Below, piece by piece: positions 39,920-53,476 of a stretch of DNA of 64,000 nt. The stretch is from assembly GCA_030390025.1 (NCBI GenBank), contig CM059432.1:56360001-56424000 (forward strand). Reading direction: 5' to 3'. The position numbers were made by a program, and so were the translations under genes. The DNA is from Squalus acanthias. Lineage: Eukaryota. The notes below the pieces were generated by a model that saw only the letters and a program-made list of their open reading frames with translations, did not search any database and was not told where the DNA came from. Each line of letters opens with the position of its first letter. Positions within the stretch are counted from its first letter, which is position 1.

Positions 39920-40556
39920 GGGGTATCAGTTGGGGGCGGGACTGCTGGTTTTCGGGTTTCAGTCCCGCCTCCAGCGACGTCTGACCAACCCACGCTATTT
40001 TCCCTTGATTGACCTCGTTATGCCTGCCCAGCGTATGACACTTCATCTGTCTCTCATTTTTTGACAGATGAATTGTCAGCGTTTGACAGCTTTGAGAAGC
40101 TGTCAAACACTGACAATCTCTGTTGTAAGGTGAGCCCTTGCATAGAAGGCTCATCAAGACCTCTCTCCTCAGCAGAAAGCAGATGGCTGCTGCATCTGAG
40201 AATGCAGCAGCCATTCTGTCATCTCTGCCATTGAGATGAGGCACCTCCGTATCCTCAAAGGTTGAAGCCTGCAGGAAGAAGCAAAGGTAAGGAAACTTTC
40301 CAACACTCACCTCTCATACTTAACTGTCCACACTTGCACCCATCACTCACCTCTACATTTCGACCCCTCTCGCCCCTGCAGACCCACTGCTCGCCTCGCT
40401 GACTCTGGCGAGGTTCGCAGCCATCGGGAAGCCCGCAATTGCAGGCGTAAAATGGGGATAAGCCTCAAAACTGCCTGTTAACTACCTGTACCCGCTCCCA
40501 GTTTCTGCCATTTTCCCGGCAGACCCTGCCTCCCCAGGGCTGGGAAAATTCCCCCC
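39920..40556. mobile_element. Probable MITE remnant
   Basis: GC-rich ends with right terminus GGAAAATTCCCCCC resembling the MITE TIRs. Left TIR not clear. Confidence 0.45.
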
Positions 40557-42216
40557 TATGTTGCTAAGTGGTGAGTACGAGTAAAAGTGGTTGTGATGGA
40601 CAAGCTCAGACTGGCTGCAGCTGAAGAACCCTGTGAGGTAGAGAAGTGTGAGAAATATAACTATTTATGTCTAGCTTTAACATAGAAATAAGCAAATAGG
40701 TCAATTATTTGCGACTGCCAATGTTTTTGCCTCAAATCTATATCAATTTATATAAAATATTGAGAGTGTTTGTCACACTTCGGATAAAACTGCAACATAT
40801 CACAACTTAAGAATGTTGAGGAAAAAACACATCCTGAGGTCAATTTCATGCTGAGGTCAATTACAAGTTACTTGTCGCTGTTCGTAAAGTTTGCTGAGTG
40901 AGCTGGAGCTGGAAATTTGAAGGCACCTGGCAATCTGCAAATTTCCCTGGCAACAACAATTAAGCTCTGAGTTACTTCAGGTTTCTGCTAATTGACAGCA
41001 AACAATGTTGCCATTAAAGAGACAGACCACCTTGAGCATACTCGGGTCTGTTTACTTTTTTTGCACAATTGTCAGGTTTTTTTTCCTTCGTTTTTTTCCT
41101 TCGTAGGTTAAGCCACTGTTTTATTTCTTTCTAATTTACCTTCTCTTTTTGTTCTCACCAATCAGATTGCACAAGTCATTTCTCCCCAATTGTAATGCAT
41201 TTCACACTCTTCAAACAATTTCCATGCAGCAATATCCTTTTAAAGTTAGCATGCCCAAACCTCTCCCTAGTATTCCAAATGTAGCCTCACCAAATAGCTC
41301 CTATTGACTTGCAGTCAAAGGTTCTTGAGATGCATCAAAATAGATGATTAGCTTTGTTAAAAGCATTCCACTGAATACTTTAATTGAATTGGCAGTAAGT
41401 TCTTGAAATTTGGATCTCATTATATGATCAGGCTAACTAGCCTGGAACTGACTGGCTGTGCATCATCATTTGAAAACTTCACTCTGGCAAAGTGTTTCAC
41501 CTACTTTTGGATGAAAACTAGATAGCCACTAACCCAGTCTGCTACCCACTTGTACCAGTTCAGTATAAGCCCTGAATTTGCGGTCGGCGGCATACCAGAA
41601 GGATATGCCTCCGAACCGAAAAAAAAATCCGAACGTACCTGGTGTCTCCAGAGCTTCGGGTCCTGGGCCTCCAGGTGTATGCCTGCGTAAAGGCCCACAG
41701 ATCCCATGGGCGCATGCAGTTGCAAGTATCCCTAGGATCACGTGGGCCAGGCTAACCAATCAAAAAGGGGGGGTTCCTATGATGTTTATGGGGATACCAT
41801 TTACGTACGGAATCTCCATAAGCATATAAGAAATCCCCAAATAAATAAGAATTCGCACCACTTAAATAAAAATAAATGTTCCCATGGTCAAAATTAATTA
41901 AAAGACCCTTTAAGTGTTGAAAATAAAAAAAAAATATTTTTTTGAAAAATAAATTGAAACCTTTTAAAATGGGCCACAATTTACCTAAACTAATTTAAAA
42001 TGTGTACGTTTTAATCATTAAAATTTTTTTTTCAACATTTATTTTAACCCTTATGCTGGTAAAAGACCTTAAGCCTGCTTTTACCAGGTGTAAGGGTTTC
42101 GTGGGCATTCGTTGGCTAAATAGCCCAACTCTGCGCCAGCGAAAGTGTTTTTGCAGCGGATGCGAAGGATTTGTCAATATGTAACTTGACAGATCGCAAG
42201 TTTTGGGTTTTCGTAT

Positions 42217-45200
42217 CAGAGGAGGTCGCGAACCTGGACGTGACCAGAGCGGGAGCAGAGCGAGAGAGGCAGCAACTCAACAGAGGCAGAATTCGAAGTG
42301 AAGTCAGGTAGAAAAAGTGACGGCGGCACAAGGGAAGGAGCTGATTGGTGAGTAGCTGGTGAGTTTAAAAAAAAAAGATTTTAAGTTTATTTTTGCTAAG
42401 TTAGTTCTTAGTCTATTAAAAAGAGGCATGGCAGGGCAGCTCAGTCCCATGGAGTGCACATCCTGTGCCATGTGGGAAGCCCTGGACGCTTCGCATAGCC
42501 TGGACAACCACATGTGCAGGAAGTGTCACCAGCTACGGCAGCTCAAGACCTGTGTTTCGGAGCTTGAGCAGCAGCTGGAGTCACTGCGGTGCATCCACGA
42601 GGCTGAGAACTTCATGGATAGCACCTTTCTAGAGGTGGCCACCCTCAGCTTAAGAGTGTGCAGGCAGAGAGGGAATGGGTGACCGCCAGACAAAAGAGGA
42701 GGACAGGCAGGTAGTGCAGGAGTTCCCGGAGTGCATCTTGCTCTCCAACCAGTATTCTGTTCTGAGTACTGGTAGGGGTGGTGGTTCCTCTGGGGAGTGC
42801 AGCCAGAGCCAAGTCCACGGCACCACGGGTGGCTCAACTGCACGGGGGGGGGGGGGAGGGGCGGAGGAAGAGTGGAAGCGCAATAGTGGTAGGGGATTCA
42901 ATAGTTAGGGGAGCAGACAGGTGTTTCTGCAGCCGCAGACGTGACTCCAGGATGGTATGTTGCCTCCCTGGTGCCAGGGTCAAGGATGTCACCGAGCAGC
43001 TGCAGGGCATTCTGGGGGGAGGAGTGTGAACAGCCAGAGGTTGTGGTCCATATCGGTACCAATGACATAGGTAGAAAGAGGGATGAGGTCCTGCAGGCAG
43101 AATTTAGGGAGCTAGGAAAGAGATTTAAAATCAGCACCTCAAAGGTAGTAATCTCCGGATTACTCCCGGTGCCACGTGCTAGTGAGTACAGAAATAGGAG
43201 GATAGAGCAGATGAATGCATGGCTGGAGAGATGGTGCAGGTGGGAGGGCTTTAGATTCCTGAGGCATTGGGACCGTTTCTGGGGGAGGTGGGACCTGTAC
43301 AAACCGGACGGGTTGCACCTCAGCAGAGCTGGGACCAATATCCTTGCGGGGGGTGGGGGGGTTTGCTGGTGCTGTTGGGAAGGGTTTAAACTAGCTTGGC
43401 AGGGGGATGGGAACCTGAGAATAGATTCAGAAGGGAGAGAAGCAAAGCTGAAATTGGAAAGCAAAAAAGTAGAAAGTGATTTTGGAAGACGGAGGAAACA
43501 AGGGCTAAAAAATAGAAAACAAGGGAGTTTGGCAGTGCTAAGTGGTATATACGTCAATGCAAGAAGTATAGGAAATAAGGTAGATGAGCTGAGGGCACAG
43601 ATAGACACTTGGGAGTATGATGTAGCTATTATAGAGACATGGCTGAAAGAAGGGCAGGTATGGCAACATTCCTGGTTACAGGGTTTTCAGACGGGATAGA
43701 GAGGGGGATAAAAAAGGAGGGGGGGCCGCAGTATTGATTTAAAGAAACAATTACAGCAATGAGGAGGAATGATATGTTTGAAGGATCATCAAATGAGGCC
43801 ATATGCGTTGAATTGAAGAACAAAAATGGGTGATCGCCCTGCTGGGAGTGTACTATAGATCCCCAAAACAGTCAGAGGGAGATAGAGCAAATATGTAAGC
43901 ACATTTCTGAGAAGTGCAAAAATTATAGGGCAGTAATAGCAGGGGATTTCAACTACCCTAATATTAACTGGGATAAAATTAGTGTGAATGGTATAGAGGT
44001 GTGGAATTCCTAAAATGCATTCAGGAGAACGTTTTTAGCCAGTATGTAACAAGCCCAACAAGGGAGGGGGCGGTTCTGGACTTAGTTTTAGGGAATGAAG
44101 CTGGGCAGGTGGAAGGGGCATCAGTGGGAGAGCATTTTGGTGCTAGTGATCATAATTCAGTTAGATTTAGGGTAGTTCTGGAAAAGGACAAAGATAGACC
44201 AGGAATAAAAGTTCTCAACTGGGGAAAAGCCAATTTTGCTAAGCTGAGATGGGATTTAGCCAAAGTGGACTGGAAAGCGGCTACTTGAAGGTAAATCAGT
44301 GTCCGAGCAGTGGGAGGCATTCAAGGATGAGATCCTGAAATGTTTCAGAGCAAGGATGTTCCTTTTAAAGAAAAAGGGTGGGATTAACAAATCTGGAGCC
44401 CCCTGGATGTCCAGGGACATGCAGGGTAGGATAAAGAAAAAATGGGAGGCTTATGACCGATACCGAGGGCTCAATACTGCAGAAACTCTAGAGGAGTATA
44501 GAAAGTGCAGGGGTGCAATTAAAAAGGAAATTAGGAAAGCAAAGTGAGAGCATGAAAACATTTTGGCAAGTAAAATCAAGGAAAACCCAAAGATGTTTTA
44601 TAAGTACATTAAGAGCAAGAGGATAACAAAAGAAAAAGTAGGGCCCATTAGAGACCATAAAGGTAATCTGTGTATGGAGGCAGAAGACATGTGTATGGTT
44701 CTTAATGAATACTTTGCGTCTGTTTTCACAAAAGAGAGGGGCGATGCAGACATTGTAATCAGGGAGGAGAAGTGTGAAATATTAGATGACATAAACATAG
44801 TGAGAGAGGAAGTATTAAGGGGCTTAGCAGCTTTGAAAGTGGATAAATCCCCAGGCCCGGATGAAATGTATCCCAGGCTGTTAAGCGAAGCAAAAGAGGA
44901 AATAGCAGAGGCTCTGACCATCATTTTCCAATCCTCTCTGGCTACAGGTAAGGTGCTGGAGGACTGTTAACGTTGTACCTTGTTTAAAAAGGGAGAAAGG
45001 GGTAGACTGAGTAATTACTGGCATCAGCCTAACCTCGATGGTGGGAAAATTATTGGAAACAATTCTGAGGAACAGGATAAATCTTCATTTAGAAAGACAC
45101 CGATTAATCAAGGACAGTCAGCATGGATTTGTTAATGGAAGGTTGTGTCTGACTAACTTAATTGAATTTTTTGAGGAGGTAACGAGGGTCAGTGAGGGTC

Positions 45201-48200
45201 AGCAGCTGCAGGACATTCTGAAGGGGGAGGGTGAACAGCCAGAGATTGTGGTCCATATCGGTACCAACAACATAGGTAGAAAGAGGGACGAGGTCCTGCA
45301 AGCAGAATATAGGGAGCTAGGAAATAAATTAAAAAGCAGGACCTCAAAGGTAGTAATCTCGGGATTACTCCCAGCGCCAAGTGCTAGCGAGAGCAGAAAT
45401 AGGAGAATAGACCAGATGAATGCGTGGCTGGAGAGATGGTGTAGGAGGGAGGGAATTAAGTTCCTGAGGCATTGCGACCGATTCTAGGGAAGGTGGGACC
45501 TGTACAAGCTGGACGGATTACACCTCGGCAGAACCGGGACCAATATCCTCGCAGGGGGGTTTGTTAGTGCTGTTGGGAAGGATTTAAACTAGTTTGTCAG
45601 GGGGCTGGGAACCTATGTGTGGGCCCAGAACAGAGAGAAACAAAGCTGGAAGCGCAAGTTAGAAAAGTAGTCAGCAAAACTAGTAGGGAACAGAAACAAA
45701 GTCCAACAGTAAAGAGGGTCAAAGTGCAGAAAAATATTAAACAAGCAAAGTTGAAGGCACTTTATCTAAATGCACATAGCGTTCGCAACAAGGTGGATGA
45801 ATTAATGGCACTAATAGAAGTAAATGGGTATGATGTAATTGCCATTACAGAGACATGGTTGCAGGGTAACCAAAGCTGGGAACTGAATGTTCCAGGGTAC
45901 TCAACATTTAGGAAGGACAGACAAAAAGGAAAAGGAGGTGGCGTAGCGCTGTTAATAAGGGATGAGATCGGTACGGTAGAGATAAAAGATCTTGGCGTGG
46001 CAGATCGTGATGTAGAACTGGAATCAGTTTGGGTGGAGCTAAGAAACCGCAAAGAGCGGAAAACATTGGAGGGAGTTGTGTATAGGCCACCAAACAGTAG
46101 TGGTAATGTAGGGCACAGTATCAATCAAGAAATTAAAAGTACATGTAACAAGGGCAATACGGTAATCATCGACTTTAATCTACATATTGACTGGGCAAAT
46201 CAAATTACCACTAATGGTGTGGAGGACGAATTCTTGGAATGCATGCGAGATGGTTTCCTGGATCAGTATGTGGAGGAACCAACCATTCTGGATCTGGTAC
46301 TGTGTAATGAGAAAGGGCTAATCAATAATATTGTGGTAAAGAGACCTTTAGGGACAAGTGACCATAATATGATTGAATTTTATATTAAGTTTGAGAGTGA
46401 TGTAGTCCAATCTGAAACTAAGGTCTTCAATCTAAACAGAGGAAGCTACAAGGGTATGAGGGACAAGTTGGCCATGGTAGGTTGGGAGACTACACTAAAA
46501 GGTATGAAGGTGGTCATACAATGGCTAACATTCAAGGAAATAATGCATAATTTGCAACAAACATATATTCCTCTAGGGCATAAAAACCCAAAAGGAAAGG
46601 TGATCCAACCATGGCTAACAAAAGAAATTAAAGCGAGTATTAAGTCGAAGGAGGAAGCTTATAAAGTTGCCAGACAAAGCGGTCAGCCTGAGGATTGGGA
46701 TCTTTTTAGAAATCAGCAAAAGGGGACCAAGAAATTGATAAAGAAAGGGAAAATGGAATATGAGCACAAACTAGCGAAAAATATAAAAACGGATTGTAAA
46801 AGCTTCTATAGGTATGTGGAAAGGAAAAGATTGGCGAAGGTAAATGTAGGTCCTTTACAGTCAGAGACGGGAGAATTTATAATGGGGAAATGAGGAAATG
46901 GCAGAGAAATTAAATACTTTGTTTCTGTCTTCACGGAGAAAGACACAAAAAACCTCCCTGAAATACGAGACAACCAAGGGTGTGGCGAGAATGAGGAACT
47001 TAAAGAAATTATTATTAGTTAAAAAAACAGTACTAGCAAAATTAATGGGACTAAAAGTCGATAAATCTCAAGGACCGGATGACCTACATCCTAGGGTTTT
47101 GAAAGAGGTGGCCATTGGGATAATGGACGCATTGGTTGTCATTTTCCAAAATTCTATAGATTCTGGAATGGTTCCTGCAGATTGGAGGATAGCAAATGTA
47201 ACCCTGCTATTTAAGAAAGGAGGGAGAGAGAAAACGGGGAACTACAGACCTGTTAGCCTCACATCAGTAGTTAGGAAAATGCTGGAATCTGTTATAAAGG
47301 ATGCAATAACTGGGCACTTAGAAACTAATAGTAAGATTGGGCAGAGTCAACATGGATTTATGGAAGAGAAATCCTGTTTAACAAACCTATTGGAGTTCTT
47401 TGAGGATGTAACTAGTGAAGTAGACAAAGGGGAACCGGTAGATGTGGTGTATTTGGATTTTCAGAAGGCCTTCGATAAGGTCCCACACAAGAGGTTGGTG
47501 AACAAAATTAGGGCACATGGAATTGGGGGTAATATACTAGCATGGATTGAGAATTCGTTGACAGACAGAAAACAAAGAGTAGGGATAAATGGGTCTTTTT
47601 CAGGATGGCAGGCTGTGACTAGTGGGGTACTGCAAGGATCGGTGCTTGGGCCCCAGCTATTTATAATCTATATCAATGATTTGGATGAGGGGACTAAATG
47701 TAACATTTCCAAATTTGCTGATGACACAAAGCTAGGTGGCAGTGTCAGTTGCGAAGAGGATGTGAAGAGGCTTCAAGGGGATCTCGACAGGCTCAGTGAG
47801 TGGGCGAGAACATGGCAGATGGAATATAATGTGGATAAATGTGAAGTTATCCACTTTGGTAGAAAAAACAGGAAGGCAGAGTATTTCCTAAATGGTGAAA
47901 GATTGGGGAATGCAGATGCTCAAAGGGACCTGGGTGTCCTTGTACATGAGTCACTGAAAGTGACTGTGCAGGTGCAGCAATCCATTAGGAAGGCAAATGG
48001 TATGCTGGCCTTCATTACAAGAGGATTTGGGTACAAGAGTAAAGAAGTCTTACTCCAATTATATCGGGCCTTGGTGAGACCACACCTGGAGTACTGTGTA
48101 CAATTTTGGTCTCCTTACCTAAGGAAGGATATACTTGCCATAGAGGGAGTGCAACGAAGGTTCACAAGTTTGATTCCTGGGATGGGCGGGACTGTCGTAT

Positions 48201-49330
48201 GAGAAGAGATTGAGTAAACTAGGCCTGTATTCTCTTGAATTCAGAAGAATGAGAGGGGATCTCATTGAAGCATACAAAATTATTACAGGGCTTGATAGGG
48301 TGGATGCAGGGAGAATGTTTCCCTTAGCTGGGGAGTCTAGAACCAGGGGCCATAGCCTCAGGATAAAGGGTAGGCCATTCAGGACTGAGATGAGAAGAAA
48401 TTTCTTCACACACAGGGTGGTGAATCTTTGGAATTTTCTACCCCAGAGGGCTGTGGAGGCTCAGTCATTGGGTATATTCAAAACAGAAGTCGATAAATTT
48501 CTGACGAGTAAGGGCATCAAGGGATATGGCGATAAGGCCGGTGAATGGAATTGAGGCAGAAGATCAGCCATGATCTCATTGAATGGAGGAGCAGGCTTGA
48601 AGGGCCGAATGGCCTACTCCTGCTCCTATTTCTTATGTTCTTATGGTAGTGCATTTGATGTAGTGTATATGGATTTTAGCAAGGCTTTTGATAAGGTCCC
48701 ACATGGCTGACTGGTCACGAAAGTAAAAGAATACAAGAGCAGGGAGGTTATGCTAGAACTTTATCAAACACTAGTTAGGCCACAGCTAGAGTACTGCGTG
48801 CAGTTCTGGTCACCACATTACAGGAAAGATGTGATTGCAATAGAGAGGGTACAGAGGAGGTTTACAAGGATGTTGCCTGGACTGGAGAATTTTAGCTATG
48901 AGGAAAGATTGGATAGGCTGGGTTTGTTTTCTTTGTAACAGAGGAGGCTGAGGGGAGAACTTATTGAGGTGTATAAAATTATGAGGGGCCTAGCTGGAGT
49001 GGATAGGAAGGACCTATTTCCCTTATCAGAGGGGTCAACAACCAGGGGGCATAGATTTAAAGTAATTGGTCGGAGCTTTAGAGGAGATTTGAGGGAAAAT
49101 TTCTTCATTCAGAGGGTGGTGGGGGTCTGGAACTCACTGCCTGAAAGGGTGGTAGAGGCAGAAACCCTCACCACATTTAAAAAGTGCTTGGATGTACACT
49201 TGAAGTGCCTTAACCTACAGGGCTACGGACCAAGAGCTGGAAAGTGGGATTAGGGTGGATAGGTCTTTGTCAGCCGGCGCGGGCACGATGGGCCGAAATG
49301 GCCTCCTTCCATGCTGTAAATTTCTATGAT
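42217..49330 (+). mobile_element. CR1 with 5'UTR and ORF1, interrupted by a nested CR1 and carrying an internal RT deletion
   Basis: ORF1 CTSC..CRKC (42428 onward), esterase, APE and RT fragments to 45199. Resumes at 48645 (GSAFDVVYMDFSKAFDKV). Jumps from KVK to EYKS at about 48728. TTTCTATGA tail. Confidence 0.93.
45200..48644 (+). mobile_element. Nested CR1 (ORF1 end, APE, RT, tail)
   Basis: ORFs 45619-46893 (APE), 46898-48202 (RT) and 48210-48554. TTCTTATG tail. Probable GGT TSD at 45197 and 48645. Confidence 0.94.
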
Positions 49331-50671
49331 TTGCAGCACATGTGGAAACCCAGAACGTGCAGGGCCATTCTGAGCACTTAGGACGGCGTACGCTGAGCAT
49401 ACGCAGTCATTGGCCTAGTAAAATCCGGGCCATTATTTCATGATAGCCACAATGCGATGACTATTGTCTTTGAGTACAACTGCAGAGTTTCCAGATGTTT
49501 GTGTAGTATCACCAGACTATGCATATTGTGTTGGCACCCAAATGTATTGATCAGTTTGCTTGTTGTCAACTATTACAATATGTATACAATCCGTAATAAT
49601 TTAGATCGGTGCAGAAAATGTTTTGGACGTTTGGTATTTTCTGTGGTGCTTTACACCTCACACACTGCAACCCCTCTCTTGACCTAGTGTGTGGCTTCCA
49701 GATGTGGCTGCTTTTCCTCGCATCCAGAAGTCCGTTTCTCCTTCCAGTTACCAGCATCTTCATTAGGCTGCAGCCTCTCATTGTAGCTGTTAGTCTGTTG
49801 CGCCAGACTCCGCGCTATGATTTCAGAGGCATGGGTGCAGTGCGCATTTTTCCACCCCTTATTTTATACAAGAAATCAATAGCTGTTCGACAATTAGCTC
49901 CCAGGGCTTTGCAGTCACCAGTATTAGAGAAAAATGAAAGCATTTCATTACTTTTCAAATTGTTTTACATCTCTGGTGCTAAATAGAGGCATTTGATCCC
50001 AATCCTGGTAATCATTTTACTTTTTAGAATTGTGCAGAAGTTTGAAAATGTATGACGTAAGTATAGACTGTTGAAAAACCATGCTGACTCTTAAATCCTT
50101 TTTGGCATAATGTGTATTATTAGGACAGTACCAACCCTGTGGAGGAATATACCCATTTTCCTCTCGTTTGATACTTCTTATTCTTAAGCCACTTCATTCT
50201 CAAACCTGAAATGCAAAATTTTTCGATCAAGTTTTGAGGTCTTTCGAACATAAAGTTAAAACTGCCATTTGTGTGTTGGCATGTAATGAGCTGTTGCACC
50301 TATAGAGGGAGCTGTTATCTAAAATATGCAGGTTAGTCAACTGATTGGGTCTACTTTTAATTGATTTATCGGAGAGATGTGACTGAGGAATAGTTCTAAT
50401 GTGAGCTGACATTTTTGTGTACTTTTCAGTCAGACTAGAAAAAAGTAAAACATTTTTACAGCAGCAAAAGTAGAACTTTTGGTACAATTTTTATGATTAT
50501 ATGCATGATTACAAGACTGTATAAGTGCTGAATAAATCCACTCTGAATGGTTAATACGTTGTGCTCAGCATTGTAAGGAATCATGGCTTCACTAGGGAAA
50601 TTGTTAAACTATTCACTGACCAAGTACAACAGATCTACTGTGACGTGCTACTCATACTTTTGGGATTTATT

Positions 50672-51245
50672 ACATAGGATATACAGTACAGAAACAGGCC
50701 ATTCGGCCCAACCTGTCCATGCCGGTGTTTATGCTGCACTCGAGCCTCCTCCCGTCTTTTCTCATCTAAATCTATCAGCATAACCCTCTATTTCCTTGTC
50801 CCTCATATGCTTATCTAGCCTCCCCTTAAATGCATCTATACTATTCGCTTCAACCACTCCCTGTGGTAGCGAGTTCCACATTCTCACCACTCTCTGGGTA
50901 AAGAAGTTTCTTCTGAATTCCTTCTTTGATTTCTTGGTGACTATCTTATGTTGATGGCCTCTAGTTTTGCTCTTCCCCACGAGTGGAAACACTCTTTCTA
51001 TGTCTACTGTATCAAAACCTTTCATAATTTTATAGACCTCCATTAGGTCACCCCTCAGCCTTCTCTTTTCAAGAGAAAAGGGACCCAGCCTGTTCATCCT
51101 TTCCGATATGTATACCCTCGTACTTCTGGTATCATCCTTGTAAATCTTTTTTGCATCCTCTCCCGTGCCTCTCTATCCTTTTTATATTATGGCGAACAGA
51201 ATTGTACACCGTACTCCAAGTGTGATCTAACCAAGGTTCGATACG
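50672..51245 (-). mobile_element. CR1 3' fragment (same subfamily as 59984-63575)
   Basis: ORF 50762-51097. The reverse complement closely matches about 63010-63575. Confidence 0.9.
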
Positions 51246-51729
51246 ATTTATAATATTTGTTAGCCAAAGTCATTACATTATGGTTATTTATGATTCTCGA
51301 GGATACCATCACCTTGCTTTACCTGCAGTGAATAGTAATTACCTATTTTGTAATGGTAAGCATTTCACTGAGATGAGTTAGCTGATTGCTCTGTAAAGAT
51401 GGTGCCTCAATCAGGTACAGATTTATTTGTGATTGTTGTACCAGGTGACATCATGGGACTTGTCTTAGTTATGTTAAAATAGAAATAAATATCGTCTATA
51501 ATTGTTGCATTTTGTCCACTGTCAGATTTTGGAGTATTAAATGATAAGAGATATATCATTAGATGTAGTTTTGATTTTTAATTTATTAGTTGTTTAAAAG
51601 TGAACCTTTTTGCTCTTGGATTAGCACCATGCTCAAATAATAAATGCTAACTAGTAATATTGTTTTAAATATAATTTGTGTAGCATTGTACAAAAATCAT
51701 TGTAAATTAATATTGATGTTTTAATGTAG

Positions 51730-51893
51730 GTCTGCACACACTCTGCTGCCATCGTCGGGTGATGAGGTATCCAGTAGTGTATCTGTTCAGCTCTTTAATG
51801 GGGAATTGCAACAGCTGACCATCAAACTGGAGAATATTGGTACAGAACCTTTAGAAACGTTAGAGATCTCTGCAAAGACCATAAATAATAAAG
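51730..51893 (+). CDS. TRAPPC9: TRAPPC9 internal coding exon (164 nt, phase 2 to 1)
   Basis: TAG acceptor and GTTAGT donor at 51894. Translates (R)[54 protein letters not shown], continuing the previous exon in phase. Confidence 0.95.
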
Positions 51894-53476
51894 GTTAGTA
51901 TTAATCTATGCTCACAGTGGAAATATCTGTTTTTTGCTTTAAGATAGTAATGGTGTTTTAATACTTTGTCCTGTAGAAATAATCTCTCCAGGGATTTATT
52001 TGTAGACTTTTAATAAATGAGTTTTTCCCTTATTTTTGTTGCATGTTGAAAATTATGCTACAGTGCTTTGGGTGAAATTAAACTCCATTGAATTGGAGAT
52101 ATTTATTGTATGCTCAATTCTATGCATAACTGTAAACCACACTATCTGTAGTTTCAATTTTGCATAGCAATGAGAATGTAACTAATATATAGTCTGTTTA
52201 TCTGATGTGTTTGAGATGCAAGATGTTTTGAGGATTGGTCAACGTGATAGTGAGATGTTTACTATCTTGCAACTGATGGTGGTGAATTATATTCTGTTCG
52301 ACATAAGAGTTTTGCATGAGCCAGAATTTTTGCTATTCCACAATAGAAAGGCCAAAGCCATCTTGTTTGACTCTGCAAGAAACTCTGCCCTAGCCTCCAT
52401 CCCATCTCCCTCCTTGGACGCCCACTCAAATTCAACCAGAATTGAGGGAAACCGCGATGTCCTGCTTGACTCGGAGCTGAGCTTTAAATCTGCCTGCATC
52501 TACTTCTGAATCATGGCCCACCTTGATCTTAACTTTACCCCCTCTGCCACTGAAACTGCAAATCCATTCTTCTTGCTATGTCTCCCCCCATCTTAAAACC
52601 TCTGTGAACCTCTGCTAATCCCCTGCCCCATTCCTGCTCAAGTCTGACACCCAACTATGAAGCAGCTTGGGATGCTTTGTTATGTTAAAGGCAATATATA
52701 GATGCAAGGTGCCATATCAAACTTGGTGTTGCATACTTGCTTTAACTATGCATTATCTTCCACTTACCTTGAAGGAAACAGTTAAAATAGTTAGTTTTGT
52801 TCAAATGAGTTTGTGCCGGTTACAGCAAATTGTGTGACCTCAGGGTTTCCTTTTGAAGTGTGGGAATTGAAGGGATGTTTGAGTGGAATGTTTTGTGATC
52901 TTAATCACAATAGCTAGTTGTCTGCTATAATGCAGATTGTTCTCTTGGACTGGGCATGTTACAGGGGAAAATATTCTGCAGTTATTTGAAGACGACAGTA
53001 AATCTGCACCAAAAATAAGGACGTTTGAATTTTTAATCACACCACTCAGTTTAGATTTTTTTTTAAACAATGGTTTTATGCTCACTTCAAGGTTCCTTTT
53101 CAAATTAATATGCTAGGAACTTAGACACTACCTTGTCTACTTCATTCTTCTGTTTTATCCTTTCCTGCATTAAATGTTATGTTGGAACTGCTTATTTTGA
53201 TGACGTGAATGTGTTGAGATGAGTTAGCTGATTGCTCTGTAAAGACACCAGCAGCAGCTGTCACCTGAAAGCCAGAAAGTACACAAGGGCTAGTCACTTG
53301 TGTATCGAGTAAATTAATATGTTCTCTTTTATAATGCAGGTTACTGTTATAAAGGTTCTTTGTATTTGCACCAGAGTATTACGTCATTGTATGGATTACT
53401 TTGAAATGCAGTGTTGAAGTTCAAAATAGCAGTCAAAACCAAATGATTTTTTAATATTGCTTGAACACAATCTGAG

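Larger units (their letters stand above)
41568..49431. mobile_element. MITE (41568-42216 plus 49331-49431) split by a 7.1-kb CR1 nest
   Basis: Ends AGCCCTGAATTTG and AAATCCGGGCC. The family hairpin is cut: TTTTGGGTTTTC at about 42200 and GAAACCCAGAA at about 49345. Confidence 0.75.

Noticed and set aside
41075..41110. Strong-looking acceptor (TTTTTTCCTTCG)x2-TAG as an extra TRAPPC9 exon
   Set aside because: The flanking exons already join in phase with continuous TRAPPC9 peptide, and no coding exon with a donor is evident.
45038..45487. RT-esterase chimeric ORF (similarly 4171-5184, 5325-5717, 60185-60775)
   Set aside because: These are chance in-frame read-throughs across nested insertion junctions.
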